From IMG/VR virus record IMGVR_UViG_3300047565_000012, positions 1 to 24,888 of that record: DNA of 24,888 nucleotides; one strand, written 5' to 3'. Both the position numbers and the translations under genes were made by a program. Below, piece after piece: positions 16,083 to 24,888 of the stretch; the stretch's first letter is position 1; each line of letters starts with the position of its first letter. The stretch is from a virus. Lineage: Duplodnaviria > Caudoviricetes. Under the pieces are notes generated by a model. The model was not told the DNA's origin. It made no database searches and worked only from the letters and a program-made list of their open reading frames with translations.

Positions 16083-17101
16083 TGGCTGATTGGACAGATT
16101 TAATTGGCCCTTTGTTGGGCACTGCAGGTAGCGTATATTCAGCTAACACAGCTGCTAATGCTACCACTAACGCTGCTAACCAAGCTGCACAGGCTGCACA
16201 GTTCCGCCCTGTAGGTATCACTACAAGGTTTGGTAAGTCAGGCTTCCAGTATGATCCTGCTACAGGTCAACTAACAGGTGCTGGCTATCAAGTAGCTCCT
16301 GATGTTGCAGCTATGCGTGAAGGCTTGATGGGCTTGGCAGGTACTGGCATTGGTCAGGCACAAGCTCAACAGGCTCAGCAGGCTGGCATCAATCAAGCTG
16401 GTCAAGGCCTATTCAACTTAGGTCAATCCTACGTTGGTCAGAACCCTCAAGAGGTGGCTCAGCAGTACATGAACCAACAGAGGCAGTTGCTAGCACCGGG
16501 ACGTGAACAGGAACTTGCTAACATCACTAATCAGCAGCAGCAGCGCGGTCGTTTAGGTCTAGCTACTGGCGGTACTACAGCAGGTTACACAGCTGGTGGT
16601 CAAGGCTTGCAAGCTACTAATCCTCAGATGGCTGCTTACTACAATGCCATGGCTCAGCAGGATGCTCAGTTGGGTGCTAATGCTCAGACATATGGTAATC
16701 AACAAGTACAGTTTGGTCAAGGATTGATGTCTAGTGGATTAGGTCTTCAGAATGCTGGTTATGGTTTGCAAGGTTCAGCTTTGGCTCCATATACAGGCTA
16801 CATGACAGGTGCTTCTAATCTTGAGAACCAAGGCTTGAATGCTTTGACACAAGGTCTTGGATTAGGTTCTTCAGTAACTGCAGCGTCTACAGCTGCGGCT
16901 AACATTCAGAATGCAGCAGCTCAGCAGGCAGCAGCTCTGCAGATGCAACGTAACAATGCTGTAGTGGGTGGTCTTACAGATCCTATCAGTCAGTTGATTA
17001 AAGGATTGTCTACTCCAGCTAAAACAGCTATGTCAGCATTCCCTACAGGCTTTGGTTCTGGATCTTACTACGGTAATCAAGACTTAGGTAACTACCTTTA
17101 A
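16082..17101 (+). CDS. Internal virion / DNA ejection protein 1
   Basis: Gln/Gly/Ala-rich with an amphipathic N-terminus. First of three genes after the tail genes. Confidence 0.7.
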   Translation: MADWTDLIGPLLGTAGSVYSANTAANATTNAANQAAQAAQFRPVGITTRFGKSGFQYDPATGQLTGAGYQVAPDVAAMREGLMGLAGTGIGQAQAQQAQQAGINQAGQGLFNLGQSYVGQNPQEVAQQYMNQQRQLLAPGREQELANITNQQQQRGRLGLATGGTTAGYTAGGQGLQATNPQMAAYYNAMAQQDAQLGANAQTYGNQQVQFGQGLMSSGLGLQNAGYGLQGSALAPYTGYMTGASNLENQGLNALTQGLGLGSSVTAASTAAANIQNAAAQQAAALQMQRNNAVVGGLTDPISQLIKGLSTPAKTAMSAFPTGFGSGSYYGNQDLGNYL

Positions 17102-17110
17102 GGAAATATA

Positions 17111-18379
17111 ATGGCTACACAAGGAATGCAAGGTTTATTTGGAGGCGTAGGCACTCCCGAGGAAATGCAACAGCAGGCAGTTAATCAACAAGCTGCTCAG
17201 TTTGCTACTATGTCTCCACAACAGCAACTGTCATACAATATCTTTAAGAACACTAGCAACCTAGGTCGTGGCTTAGCAGGTGCTATGGGTGTTGATGTTC
17301 AAGATCCCGCTATTCGTAGAGCTACTATGCTTCGTCAGATGGCTTCACAGTATGACACCAATACTCCTGAAGGCTTGAGACAAATGGCTGCAGCTCTTCA
17401 AAGTACAGATCCTGAGCTAGGCTTCCAGATCTCTCAACGAGCTGACGCTATGGATATGTCTAAGCAGAAGCTTATTACAGAACAAGCTACAGCAGCTTCT
17501 AGGTTGGCTGAGAAACTTACACCTGAGCAGAAGAATGCTGCAGGTATTGCAGATCAAGAAGCTGATCGAGGGACTCCTGAGTGGCAAGCAGCATATAAGC
17601 GTGAACTTAATCGTTTGACTGCTAAAGAAGGTTCAAAACCAACTATTAAAGAAGTTGGCGTTGCAGACGGAACACGAGAGCCTGTATACACTTATCAAGA
17701 AGGTAACACAGTACGTCAGGTTGTGTTTAAGAATGTTAATGGCGAACAGAAGATGGTTCCATACACAGGTGGTGTGGATCGTACAACTGCTAAAGTATCT
17801 GCTACTGCTAATGCTAAAGGTGAAGAAAGCTTCTCTGTTGAACTTGGTAAGCTAGATGCTAAAGAAGTTGCTAATGCACGTACTTTGCGTGAAGCCGCTA
17901 TTGGTGAGCTAGGTTCTTTGCAGAAGATGCAGGAACTAAACCAGCAGCAATTGATGTCAGGTTCTTTTGCTACAGGTCGTGTAGGTGCTTTGAACTTGCT
18001 TAATACATTAGGTATGACAAGCGGTCAAGATGCCACTAAACTTGCTAACTCAGAACAATACACTAAGATTACAGGCGATTTGTTGCTTGATAAGATTAAG
18101 AAACTCGGTACTAATCCTTCCAATACAGATCGAGAGTTTATTGCTAAGATTGTTCCTCAGCTTGAGAACAGCCCAGCTGCTAGACAAGAGCTTGTTAATT
18201 ATCTAGTTAAGAAAGCTAATAAAGTTGTATCTGAGACAACACGTCTTGATACATACGCTCGTGATAATAAAGGACTTAAAGGCTTTGTTCCTGAGGTTCC
18301 ACTTGTAGGCCAAACACCTAACGTATCTTCAATGAGTACAGAAGACTTGTTAAAAATTGCTAAAGGACAGAAACAATGA
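17111..18379 (+). CDS. Internal virion / DNA ejection protein 2
   Basis: Helical 422 aa with SD AAGGA. Position fits. Confidence 0.65.
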   Translation: MATQGMQGLFGGVGTPEEMQQQAVNQQAAQFATMSPQQQLSYNIFKNTSNLGRGLAGAMGVDVQDPAIRRATMLRQMASQYDTNTPEGLRQMAAALQSTDPELGFQISQRADAMDMSKQKLITEQATAASRLAEKLTPEQKNAAGIADQEADRGTPEWQAAYKRELNRLTAKEGSKPTIKEVGVADGTREPVYTYQEGNTVRQVVFKNVNGEQKMVPYTGGVDRTTAKVSATANAKGEESFSVELGKLDAKEVANARTLREAAIGELGSLQKMQELNQQQLMSGSFATGRVGALNLLNTLGMTSGQDATKLANSEQYTKITGDLLLDKIKKLGTNPSNTDREFIAKIVPQLENSPAARQELVNYLVKKANKVVSETTRLDTYARDNKGLKGFVPEVPLVGQTPNVSSMSTEDLLKIAKGQKQ

Positions 18380-20499
18380 CAACAGCAGAAGAGGCCGTAG
18401 CAGAACTTAAGAGACGTGGTATTACAGTTTCTTCTGAGTCAGTCTTAGAAGAGAAGGGTACTACTTTTGATGAGTTTAAGAAGGGAGCTGAAAGCTTCTT
18501 AAAAGGCTCTGCTAAAGGTATTGTAGATATTGTCGGTGGTTGGGGAAACTTGTATGATTATCTAAAGGAAAGCAAAGATCCGAATGCTTTCTCTTCTACA
18601 GGTATTATGCAAGGTATTTCTAAACTAGGTGGCCCTGATCTACAGAAGATTCAAGGATATAGAGGTGCTTATGAAGTAGGCCAATCAGCAGCTCCTGCAA
18701 TGGCTTTTTCAGCTATGGGTCTTCCCGGTTTATTTCCAAGAACAGCTGCTGGTTTGATGGGTGAAGGTGCTGTAGCTGCTGGCACAGGCATGGCTGCTCA
18801 GTCTATTGCTCCAGATAGTCCTTTGGCTCAGTTCGCTATTCAAGCTTCTCCTTTCGCAATTAAAGGTGGATTGACAGCAGCTAAATCAGCAGTGACTAGT
18901 CCTACAGGTCAAGTACCTTCTAACCTTGACGAGCTTCTACGTGTTGGTCGCATGACTCCCGGTGAAGCTACAGGTAGTCGTGTACAACTTGCTAAGGAAG
19001 TAGCTGCTGAAGCCTCTCCTAAAATTGAAAGCACTGGAGACTTATTTAGACAGGCTCAGGCACAAGATGTTGGTGGTTTCTTAGACACAGTGTTTAAGAA
19101 AGCTACAACTCAAGCTGCAGATCCTACTACAGCATCGAATGCAGCTATTTCAGCCTTCAGTAACTATGGCAAAGCTTTGTCAGGCCGTCTGCGTAAGGAT
19201 GCAAATACAGATTTTAACGCAGCTAAGAAAGCCGGTGGTTTAGTGTCCACAGATCCTGTGGTGCGTATTGTACAAGAAGAACTGTCTTCAATTCCCCCTG
19301 AAGCTTTAGATTTAGCTTCTAAGAAAGCAGCTCTTCAGCGTATTATTGACGAGTATGTTACACCTGCTAAAGAAGCTGTGGTGGAGCCTTCTAAAGTTCT
19401 AGGCCCTACAGGTGAGCCAGCATTTGTTAATATTACTAAGGCTGAGCCTCAGCAGTTATCCAAGATTAGCATTGATCGGTTACAGAAGAATCTATCAGCT
19501 TGGGGTGAGGCTGCTTATTCTGGGCAAGCTAACTTTGGTAAGGGAAATATCTTTGAAGGAGTTGCTCCCGGACAAGCTAAAGGTGTAGCTATTAAAGTTC
19601 TTCGTGGCTTTAGAGAGGCTCTTGATAACGCTGTTGATTCAGGTGTTGCAGGAGCTGAAGACTTAGCTAAAGCTCGTGATAAGTTTAAAGCTAACCTTCA
19701 AAAGATTGAAGACTACTCTAATTATCCAATTACTAAGTTCTTTGACGTTGAAACACCAACATCATTGACACCTGAATTGGTTATCGACAAACTATCTAAA
19801 GCTAAACCTTCTGAGCGTATATTCTTAAGTCAGGTGCTTGCTAGTAGTCCTGATGGAAGCATGGTATTGGATACTGTACGTAGATCACAACTAGAAGGTC
19901 TTTTAACTAAATCTCAACAGGCTGCTGCAGGAGCTGCTGAGGGTTCTCCAGCAATTGATCTTAAAACACTGTTGAAAGAGCTAAATAACAAGAGCAGTGA
20001 TTTTAACTATCTGTTTCCTAACGCTGCTGATAAAGCTGACGCTACACTGGCAATTCAATGGCTTCAGAAGACGGCTAAGACTGCATCGGAAGCCTCTAAA
20101 GGCTTACAAGCTGATGCCTATGCAGCTGCGCGTAGCTTGGGAGGAACTTCTCAGCAAGGTTTGATTGCACGTGAGCTTGCTTCGTTAGCAGACATGATTA
20201 CTAAAGATCCCAGAGCAATGGCTGATGTTGTCTTTAATCCTGAAACTGTTAAGAAGATGGCTGAAGCTCAACGTAAAGGAAAACTTACCAAAGCTGCAGA
20301 TCTTGCAACAATGTTAGGAGTAAGTGCTGCTAAGTTTGCACCACGTGTTGGCCCTATGCTGGATACTACTCAACCTGAAGATACTTCTCAACAATCAGTT
20401 AAAGTTGATCTAACAGGAATGGCTACTTCTGTAGATCAGCAGGCAGCTATTGAGGAACTTAAGAAGCGTGGAGCTTGGACTGAACAACCACAACAATAA
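18376..20499 (+). CDS. Large internal virion / DNA ejection protein 3
   Basis: Ala-rich helical 707 aa with Gly/Ala hydrophobic segments. ATGA overlap with the previous gene. Confidence 0.65.
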   Translation: MTTAEEAVAELKRRGITVSSESVLEEKGTTFDEFKKGAESFLKGSAKGIVDIVGGWGNLYDYLKESKDPNAFSSTGIMQGISKLGGPDLQKIQGYRGAYEVGQSAAPAMAFSAMGLPGLFPRTAAGLMGEGAVAAGTGMAAQSIAPDSPLAQFAIQASPFAIKGGLTAAKSAVTSPTGQVPSNLDELLRVGRMTPGEATGSRVQLAKEVAAEASPKIESTGDLFRQAQAQDVGGFLDTVFKKATTQAADPTTASNAAISAFSNYGKALSGRLRKDANTDFNAAKKAGGLVSTDPVVRIVQEELSSIPPEALDLASKKAALQRIIDEYVTPAKEAVVEPSKVLGPTGEPAFVNITKAEPQQLSKISIDRLQKNLSAWGEAAYSGQANFGKGNIFEGVAPGQAKGVAIKVLRGFREALDNAVDSGVAGAEDLAKARDKFKANLQKIEDYSNYPITKFFDVETPTSLTPELVIDKLSKAKPSERIFLSQVLASSPDGSMVLDTVRRSQLEGLLTKSQQAAAGAAEGSPAIDLKTLLKELNNKSSDFNYLFPNAADKADATLAIQWLQKTAKTASEASKGLQADAYAAARSLGGTSQQGLIARELASLADMITKDPRAMADVVFNPETVKKMAEAQRKGKLTKAADLATMLGVSAAKFAPRVGPMLDTTQPEDTSQQSVKVDLTGMATSVDQQAAIEELKKRGAWTEQPQQ

Positions 20500-20509
20500 A
20501 GGACTATAA

Positions 20510-21007
20510 ATGATTGATCCCATAGCAGCTCTAGACGGGCTACAAAAAGCAATAGGGATGGTCAAGAAGGCAAGCAAGGTAGCCAACGATCTCGGTGGTC
20601 TTGCTCCTATGATCGGTAAGATGTTCGATGCCAAGAGCGCAGCTACTAAGGCTATGCTTGAGGCTAAGACTAGCAAGAAAGGCTCCTCAAACATGGGAGC
20701 CGCTCTTCAGATTGAGATGGCTTTGGAGCAAGCCAGAGCTTTCGAGGAAGAGCTTAAGATGTTGTTCATGCAGACAGGTAAGATTGATGTCTGGAATAAG
20801 ATCAAGGAACGTCAAGCTCAGATGGATGCTGACGATGCTAAGGAGATTCGTAAGCTTCGTGAGAAGGAGAAGCGTGAGAAAGAAGCTGAGGAAGAACAAA
20901 TGACTTACCTTATTGCAGGTCTAGTTATTGTCTTCTTTGTAGTAGCTATCTTTATCGGTATCTCTGAAGTATCTGATATGTGTGCCAAAGCTAAGTGTGG
21001 ACGCTAG
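20510..21007 (+). CDS. Coiled-coil protein with C-terminal TM helix
   Basis: Charged coiled coil followed by 'YLIAGLVIVFFVVAIFIGI'. SD AAAGGA. Confidence 0.75.
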   Translation: MIDPIAALDGLQKAIGMVKKASKVANDLGGLAPMIGKMFDAKSAATKAMLEAKTSKKGSSNMGAALQIEMALEQARAFEEELKMLFMQTGKIDVWNKIKERQAQMDADDAKEIRKLREKEKREKEAEEEQMTYLIAGLVIVFFVVAIFIGISEVSDMCAKAKCGR

Positions 21008-21016
21008 AGCTGGCCG

Positions 21017-21166
21017 ATGAATGAATACCAGAAGACCTTTGACTTAGCCTTAAGAATTGTTGTCTATGGTTTAGTAGCTCTGTACTTCTTAGGCTTCCTT
21101 AAGTTTCTCCCTGATGATCTTTCTAACAAGATTGTCAATCTATTATTATCTAAGATAGGACTTTAA
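21017..21166 (+). CDS. Small membrane protein (49 aa, missing from the ORF track)
   Basis: MNEYQKTFDLALRIVVYGLVALYFLGFLKFLPDDLSNKIVNLLLSKIGL. It fills the gap exactly. Confidence 0.7.
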   Translation: MNEYQKTFDLALRIVVYGLVALYFLGFLKFLPDDLSNKIVNLLLSKIGL

Positions 21167-21168
21167 AT

Positions 21169-21672
21169 ATGTTATCTCTATTTTCAACCTTAGGTGGACT
21201 GCTTATATCAGGCCTACCTAAGTTAATGGATTTCTTCCAAAACAAAGCAGATCAGAAACATGAGCTAGCATTGGCTCAGATGCAAACTGAGAGAGAACTT
21301 CAAATGGCTGCTGCAGGCTTTGCAGCTCAGCAGCGCATTGAAGAGATTCGTACAGATCAGATCGCTATGCAGACTGATGCTCAGATGACTGAAGCTGCTT
21401 TGAAGCACGATGAGAAGATACTAGATAAAGCTAGTCTGTGGGTAGTTAACTTCGTAGGTACTGTACGTCCTGTAGTGACTTATATCTTTGTATTGGAGCT
21501 GTGTGCTATCAATGCTTGGATTGCTTACTACATTAGTACACATCCTGAGATTGTTAAAGACATGGATAGTCTAATTGCCATCACAGATGTACTCTTTAGC
21601 TCCGATGAAATGGCTATGCTAGGCGGTATCATAGGCTTCTGGTTCGGATCTCGTAGCTGGAGTAAGAAGTGA
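21169..21672 (+). CDS. Holin-like membrane protein (3TM GTA-release holin type)
   Basis: 'VRPVVTY' and 'IIGFWFGSR' motifs, an N-terminal hydrophobic helix and two C-terminal TMs. Overlaps the lysozyme start. Confidence 0.72.
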   Translation: MLSLFSTLGGLLISGLPKLMDFFQNKADQKHELALAQMQTERELQMAAAGFAAQQRIEEIRTDQIAMQTDAQMTEAALKHDEKILDKASLWVVNFVGTVRPVVTYIFVLELCAINAWIAYYISTHPEIVKDMDSLIAITDVLFSSDEMAMLGGIIGFWFGSRSWSKK

Positions 21673-22208
21673 AACTGAGCAAAGCTGGAGCTAATCTGAT
21701 GCACCAGTATGAAGGATGCAGGAATAAGCCTTACCTGTGTCCAGCTCATATATGGACTATTGGTTATGGTCATGTCCTCTATCAGGATCAGATCAGATTA
21801 CCAATGGTAGCTAAAGATGGACAGAGTACTACAATTCGTAAAGAGTACCCACTAAAACAGGAGGACAATCGTGTCTGGTCTAAAGAGGAGATCGAGAAAC
21901 TATTCGCAGATGATGTCAGTAGTTTTGAACGTGGTGTTCTTCGACTTGCTCCTACTCTTGTTAACTATCAAGGGGCATTCGATGCGTGTGTCTCTTTTGC
22001 ATTCAATGCAGGCTTGGGAAACTTTCAAAGGTCTACCATTCGTATGAAGATCAACAGAGGTGAGTGGAAAGAAGCTGCTGAAGCTTTCATGCAGTGGACT
22101 AAGGGAGGCGGTAGAGAACTCCCCGGTCTAGTTAAACGAAGGAAGGCTGAAGTAGCTCTATTCCTAAGTAGCTTCTCTGATGATGATGAGGATGATAACG
22201 CTGAATAA
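21669..22208 (+). CDS. Endolysin, GH24 phage lysozyme
   Basis: 'YEGCRNKPYLCPAHIWTIGYGH' (E-x8-C-x5-T), 'FDACVSFAFNAG', 'LPGLVKRRKAE'. GTG start. Confidence 0.95.
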   Translation: MKLSKAGANLMHQYEGCRNKPYLCPAHIWTIGYGHVLYQDQIRLPMVAKDGQSTTIRKEYPLKQEDNRVWSKEEIEKLFADDVSSFERGVLRLAPTLVNYQGAFDACVSFAFNAGLGNFQRSTIRMKINRGEWKEAAEAFMQWTKGGGRELPGLVKRRKAEVALFLSSFSDDDEDDNAE

Positions 22209-22242
22209 GTATACAATAGTAAAGTTTAAGTATACAATTACA

Positions 22243-22279
22243 AGAAAGCCACTATGTATTACTACGTAGTGGCTTTTCT
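22243..22279. terminator. Bidirectional intrinsic terminator between the convergent arms
   Basis: aaagccactatgta-ttac-tacgtagtggcttt, flanked by A-rich and T-rich tails. Confidence 0.85.
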
Positions 22280-22284
22280 GTTGG

Positions 22285-22440
22285 TTAATCTAGGATAAAC
22301 GCTAGAGTGATAAATCCTATGTGTAGATAGACAACAGGTACAGGATCCTCCATCATGATGTCATTCTCGTCCATGATGTACAGTTGATCAGCTTCTAAGC
22401 CAAACACTAGACCAGCTTTAGTTTCAAACTCTAGAGTCAT
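22285..22440 (-). CDS. Small hypothetical protein (51 aa, missing from the ORF track)
   Basis: MTLEFETKAGLVFGLEADQLYIMDENDIMMEDPVPVVYLHIGFITLAFILD. ATGA overlap with the glutaredoxin stop. Confidence 0.75.
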   Translation of the reverse strand: MTLEFETKAGLVFGLEADQLYIMDENDIMMEDPVPVVYLHIGFITLAFILD

Positions 22441-22622
22441 TCTATGCTTCCTTCCATGACCATATAAGGTACTGTACGAACTGTTGGAAACTGACTCATA
22501 AAGTCTTCCCTTGTAATGTCTTTACCTATGTTAATCTCTTTAAAAGGCTTACCCTCTTGTTTGAGAGTAGCCTTCAAAGATACACAAGCGGGACAATTGT
22601 CTTTTGTGTAAACTGTGATCAT
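22437..22622 (-). CDS. Glutaredoxin / NrdH-like redoxin
   Basis: 'ITVYTKDNCPAC' CxxC and cis-Pro motif 'RTVP'. ATG 1 nt after the RNR stop. Confidence 0.92.
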   Translation of the reverse strand: MITVYTKDNCPACVSLKATLKQEGKPFKEINIGKDITREDFMSQFPTVRTVPYMVMEGSIE

Positions 22623-22623
22623 C

Positions 22624-24525
22624 TTAGATCTCACACCCACCAGCAGTACAAGCTAATGTCTGAGAACCTTCAACATTGTCAGTACGTTCAATGAACTTAT
22701 CCCAATCAATACCTAAAGGCATCTTAGACACCATGTCGTGATATTCAAACTCATTGATGGACTCATAAGGAGCTTGTCGATATGTTCCTCCATCCATAGG
22801 CAAGAAGCTCACACCTGTAATCTCATCAAAGTTATTCCACACCCAAGCTCCAACTTCAGGCCACTCATGCTCATTAACTGAGATAGTGATTGATGGCTTA
22901 TGCTCTGTATAATGTCTCTGATAGAGCAACCACAGACGCAAGTGCTTAATAGCATTCAAGTCCTCACGCAGTACAGCACCTTTCTCAACTCGCATTGGGA
23001 AGCTAAACACTGTAGTACTCTCAGGCTTCATCACACAAGGCTCAGCTGGGAATCCTTGAGCTTTCAAGAAGTCAGTCAGAGGATCTTTGTTATCAGACCG
23101 TACACGACGAATAAAGTACTGACTGTGCTGAGGATGGATGCCACTAGCAGTGCCTGTAAGCTGAGAGACAGTGCCCTCGGGCTTAATTGCAGTGATGGCA
23201 GCACTTCGATTAATACCGATAGCGTCAGCAAACTCAGCGTTAGTATCAATAGCCACATTCTTCAGTCCTTCCAAGATAGCCGGTAGTTCAGCATTATCAG
23301 GGTCATTCAACAATACATTATCCAAGATACCTGTCATTGACACACCCAACAAACGTTCCTCTTCAGTGTTAGTCTGCCACACCTTACGAAGGTACGGGAA
23401 GTTAGTCATTGTCGATTGAAAAGTCCCCAGAATAGTTGCCAAGCGCACTTTATTCCGTAAAGTATCCACACTATCGCTGCTCCGAACAATAACAGAAGAC
23501 AGATTACAAAATTGATAAGGTCTAAGGATAATCTCACTGCAAGGGTTTGTACCCCACTCTTTACCCAATTCCCTACGTCCATTCTTAGCTGCTTGAAGTT
23601 CACTTGCATAACGATTAAAGATACCTCGCTCTCCTGAGTGTGATTCATAAATACTTGACCACTCACGCATGAACTTACCTACATCAGGTTTAACTTCGTA
23701 GATTGCACTGTTGTTAGCCAAGGCACGTTGACCATTACCATCCCACCAGTTGCCAGCTTTAGCGTGAGCCATACGATCATCACTCAAGTCAGACAATGAG
23801 ATCATAGCACTTCGACGCACTCCACCGACCACCACAACTTCGCCAACTTTGCAGAGGATGTCGTGAGCTTCCAAGCTTGTAAGTTTTCGTCCCGTAGCAA
23901 GCTTGAATTTATTAACAACATACTTGAACAAGTCGACAAGAGGCTCAGGGCCACTGGCACGTCCACCGAAGGTCTTGAGTCGTGTACCTGCAGGTCGTAC
24001 AGCAGATACGTCCCACTTCGGAATCTCGCCAGCATATAGCAAGGCAATAACTTGTCGTAACGCTTTAGCCCAGCCTTCTTTGGAGTCCTTAACGTTAATG
24101 ATAGTACCACTATTAAACAACTCAGTTGGGATCTCAGGTAACTTAGATACATACTTTTGCTCCACACTAAAGCCTACACCAGTACCGCACAACAGGATAT
24201 ACATAGCCTCATCAAAGGCCTTAGGATCATCAATAGGCAAGTATGAACAGTTATAGCCCGCCACATTCTGTCGTTCAAGCGCGTCACCAGCTGTCATGAT
24301 GCTACGCATTGAAGGAACCACTTCTAAGTTAGTCACAGCAGTCTGCAGCTCATCACGCAAGGCTGGAGTAATGTCGTAGTTATGGTTAGTCTTCAACTGC
24401 TTAGTCATGAAGTCAAAGTATCGTGCCACAGTCTCAGGCCAATGCTCACGACGACCTTTATCGTCTAGGTAGCGAGAGTAGCGGCTTTTACCAATATATT
24501 CTTGGTATGGTGTCATAGTTGTCAT
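22624..24525 (-). CDS. nrdJ: Class II (adenosylcobalamin-dependent) ribonucleotide reductase, monomeric RTPR type
   Basis: 'YNCSY', 'LLCGTGVGFSV', 'VVGGVRRSA', 'TNPCSEI', 'IKPEGTVSQL' and a C-terminal 'CTAGGCEI' Cys pair. No beta subunit adjacent. Confidence 0.93.
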   Translation of the reverse strand: MTTMTPYQEYIGKSRYSRYLDDKGRREHWPETVARYFDFMTKQLKTNHNYDITPALRDELQTAVTNLEVVPSMRSIMTAGDALERQNVAGYNCSYLPIDDPKAFDEAMYILLCGTGVGFSVEQKYVSKLPEIPTELFNSGTIINVKDSKEGWAKALRQVIALLYAGEIPKWDVSAVRPAGTRLKTFGGRASGPEPLVDLFKYVVNKFKLATGRKLTSLEAHDILCKVGEVVVVGGVRRSAMISLSDLSDDRMAHAKAGNWWDGNGQRALANNSAIYEVKPDVGKFMREWSSIYESHSGERGIFNRYASELQAAKNGRRELGKEWGTNPCSEIILRPYQFCNLSSVIVRSSDSVDTLRNKVRLATILGTFQSTMTNFPYLRKVWQTNTEEERLLGVSMTGILDNVLLNDPDNAELPAILEGLKNVAIDTNAEFADAIGINRSAAITAIKPEGTVSQLTGTASGIHPQHSQYFIRRVRSDNKDPLTDFLKAQGFPAEPCVMKPESTTVFSFPMRVEKGAVLREDLNAIKHLRLWLLYQRHYTEHKPSITISVNEHEWPEVGAWVWNNFDEITGVSFLPMDGGTYRQAPYESINEFEYHDMVSKMPLGIDWDKFIERTDNVEGSQTLACTAGGCEI

Positions 24526-24693
24526 TTAGTCTATTTCCTTTGTTAAGTATTCTTGTTTCTTTTCAATTACATCATCAAATCTTTCGACAAGATCATCACT
24601 CTGGAGTCCTAACAGTTCCAAGAGTGTGACCTCATCTAAACGTTTGAGAGCCTCTTTCAGTTCTTCAAATGTTACGTTGTTGTTGTTGTTCAC
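24526..24693 (-). CDS. Small acidic hypothetical protein (55 aa)
   Basis: Probable GTG start at 24693 overlapping the upstream gene. 'TFEELKEALKRLDEVTLLELL'. Confidence 0.7.
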   Translation of the reverse strand: MNNNNNVTFEELKEALKRLDEVTLLELLGLQSDDLVERFDDVIEKKQEYLTKEID

Positions 24694-24888
24694 GTTTATT
24701 GATCTCTCTGTCAATATACCACTTAGCCTTCTTAAGGTCTTCAATGGCATCCTTCTTTAAGTCACAACGCCAGATATATTTGATTGCATTACCTAAGTTA
24801 AAGCCCATGTGTTCTGTAACTTGGATACATTCAATACCTGACGGATGCTCAGTGTAGTGCTTAGGTTTGTTAACAATGTCTTCCTGAT
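24665..24888 (-). CDS. DUF3310 (SaV-like) protein, 5' end outside the window
   Basis: Translated by hand: 'DIVNKPKHYTEHPSGIECIQV...GFNLGNAIKYIWR...EDLKKAKWYI'. TGA at 24667-24665. Confidence 0.88.
   Translation of the reverse strand, partial: QEDIVNKPKHYTEHPSGIECIQVTEHMGFNLGNAIKYIWRCDLKKDAIEDLKKAKWYIDREINKREQQQQRNI

Noticed and set aside
22900-24256. + strand and alternative-frame ORFs within nrdJ
   Set aside because: Antisense or shadow frames of a well-conserved gene, with no independent support.
1-24888. Stop-codon reassignment, tRNA genes, introns/inteins, integrase
   Set aside because: Core genes are intact and of normal length in the standard code. No cloverleaf, splicing element or recombinase was seen.

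Overview
The window is almost entirely the virion/lysis arm of a tailed dsDNA phage with podovirus-like (P22/T7-type short tail, ejection-protein) gene order. The + strand runs terS, terL, three small genes, portal, two small genes, scaffold, major capsid, fibre genes, tail tube/nozzle, three ejection proteins and a lysis cassette. At a bidirectional terminator near 22.26 kb it meets the end of a - strand nucleotide-metabolism arm (DUF3310, class II ribonucleotide reductase, glutaredoxin). An antisense HTH-HNH gene with its own strong sigma70 promoter sits just after the portal. The most unusual signals are these. (1) A 712-bp non-coding leader holds clustered DnaA boxes, 37-bp repeats, a promoter-driven structured RNA candidate and a palindrome array. 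(2) A compact H-type pseudoknot starts immediately after a stop codon that separates two in-frame fibre-accessory ORFs. (3) A Cys-rich gene with HiPIP-like spacing lies between terL and portal. (4) The endolysin has the P1 Lyz Cys switch residues but no SAR domain. All calls come from reading motifs by eye; no searches were run.
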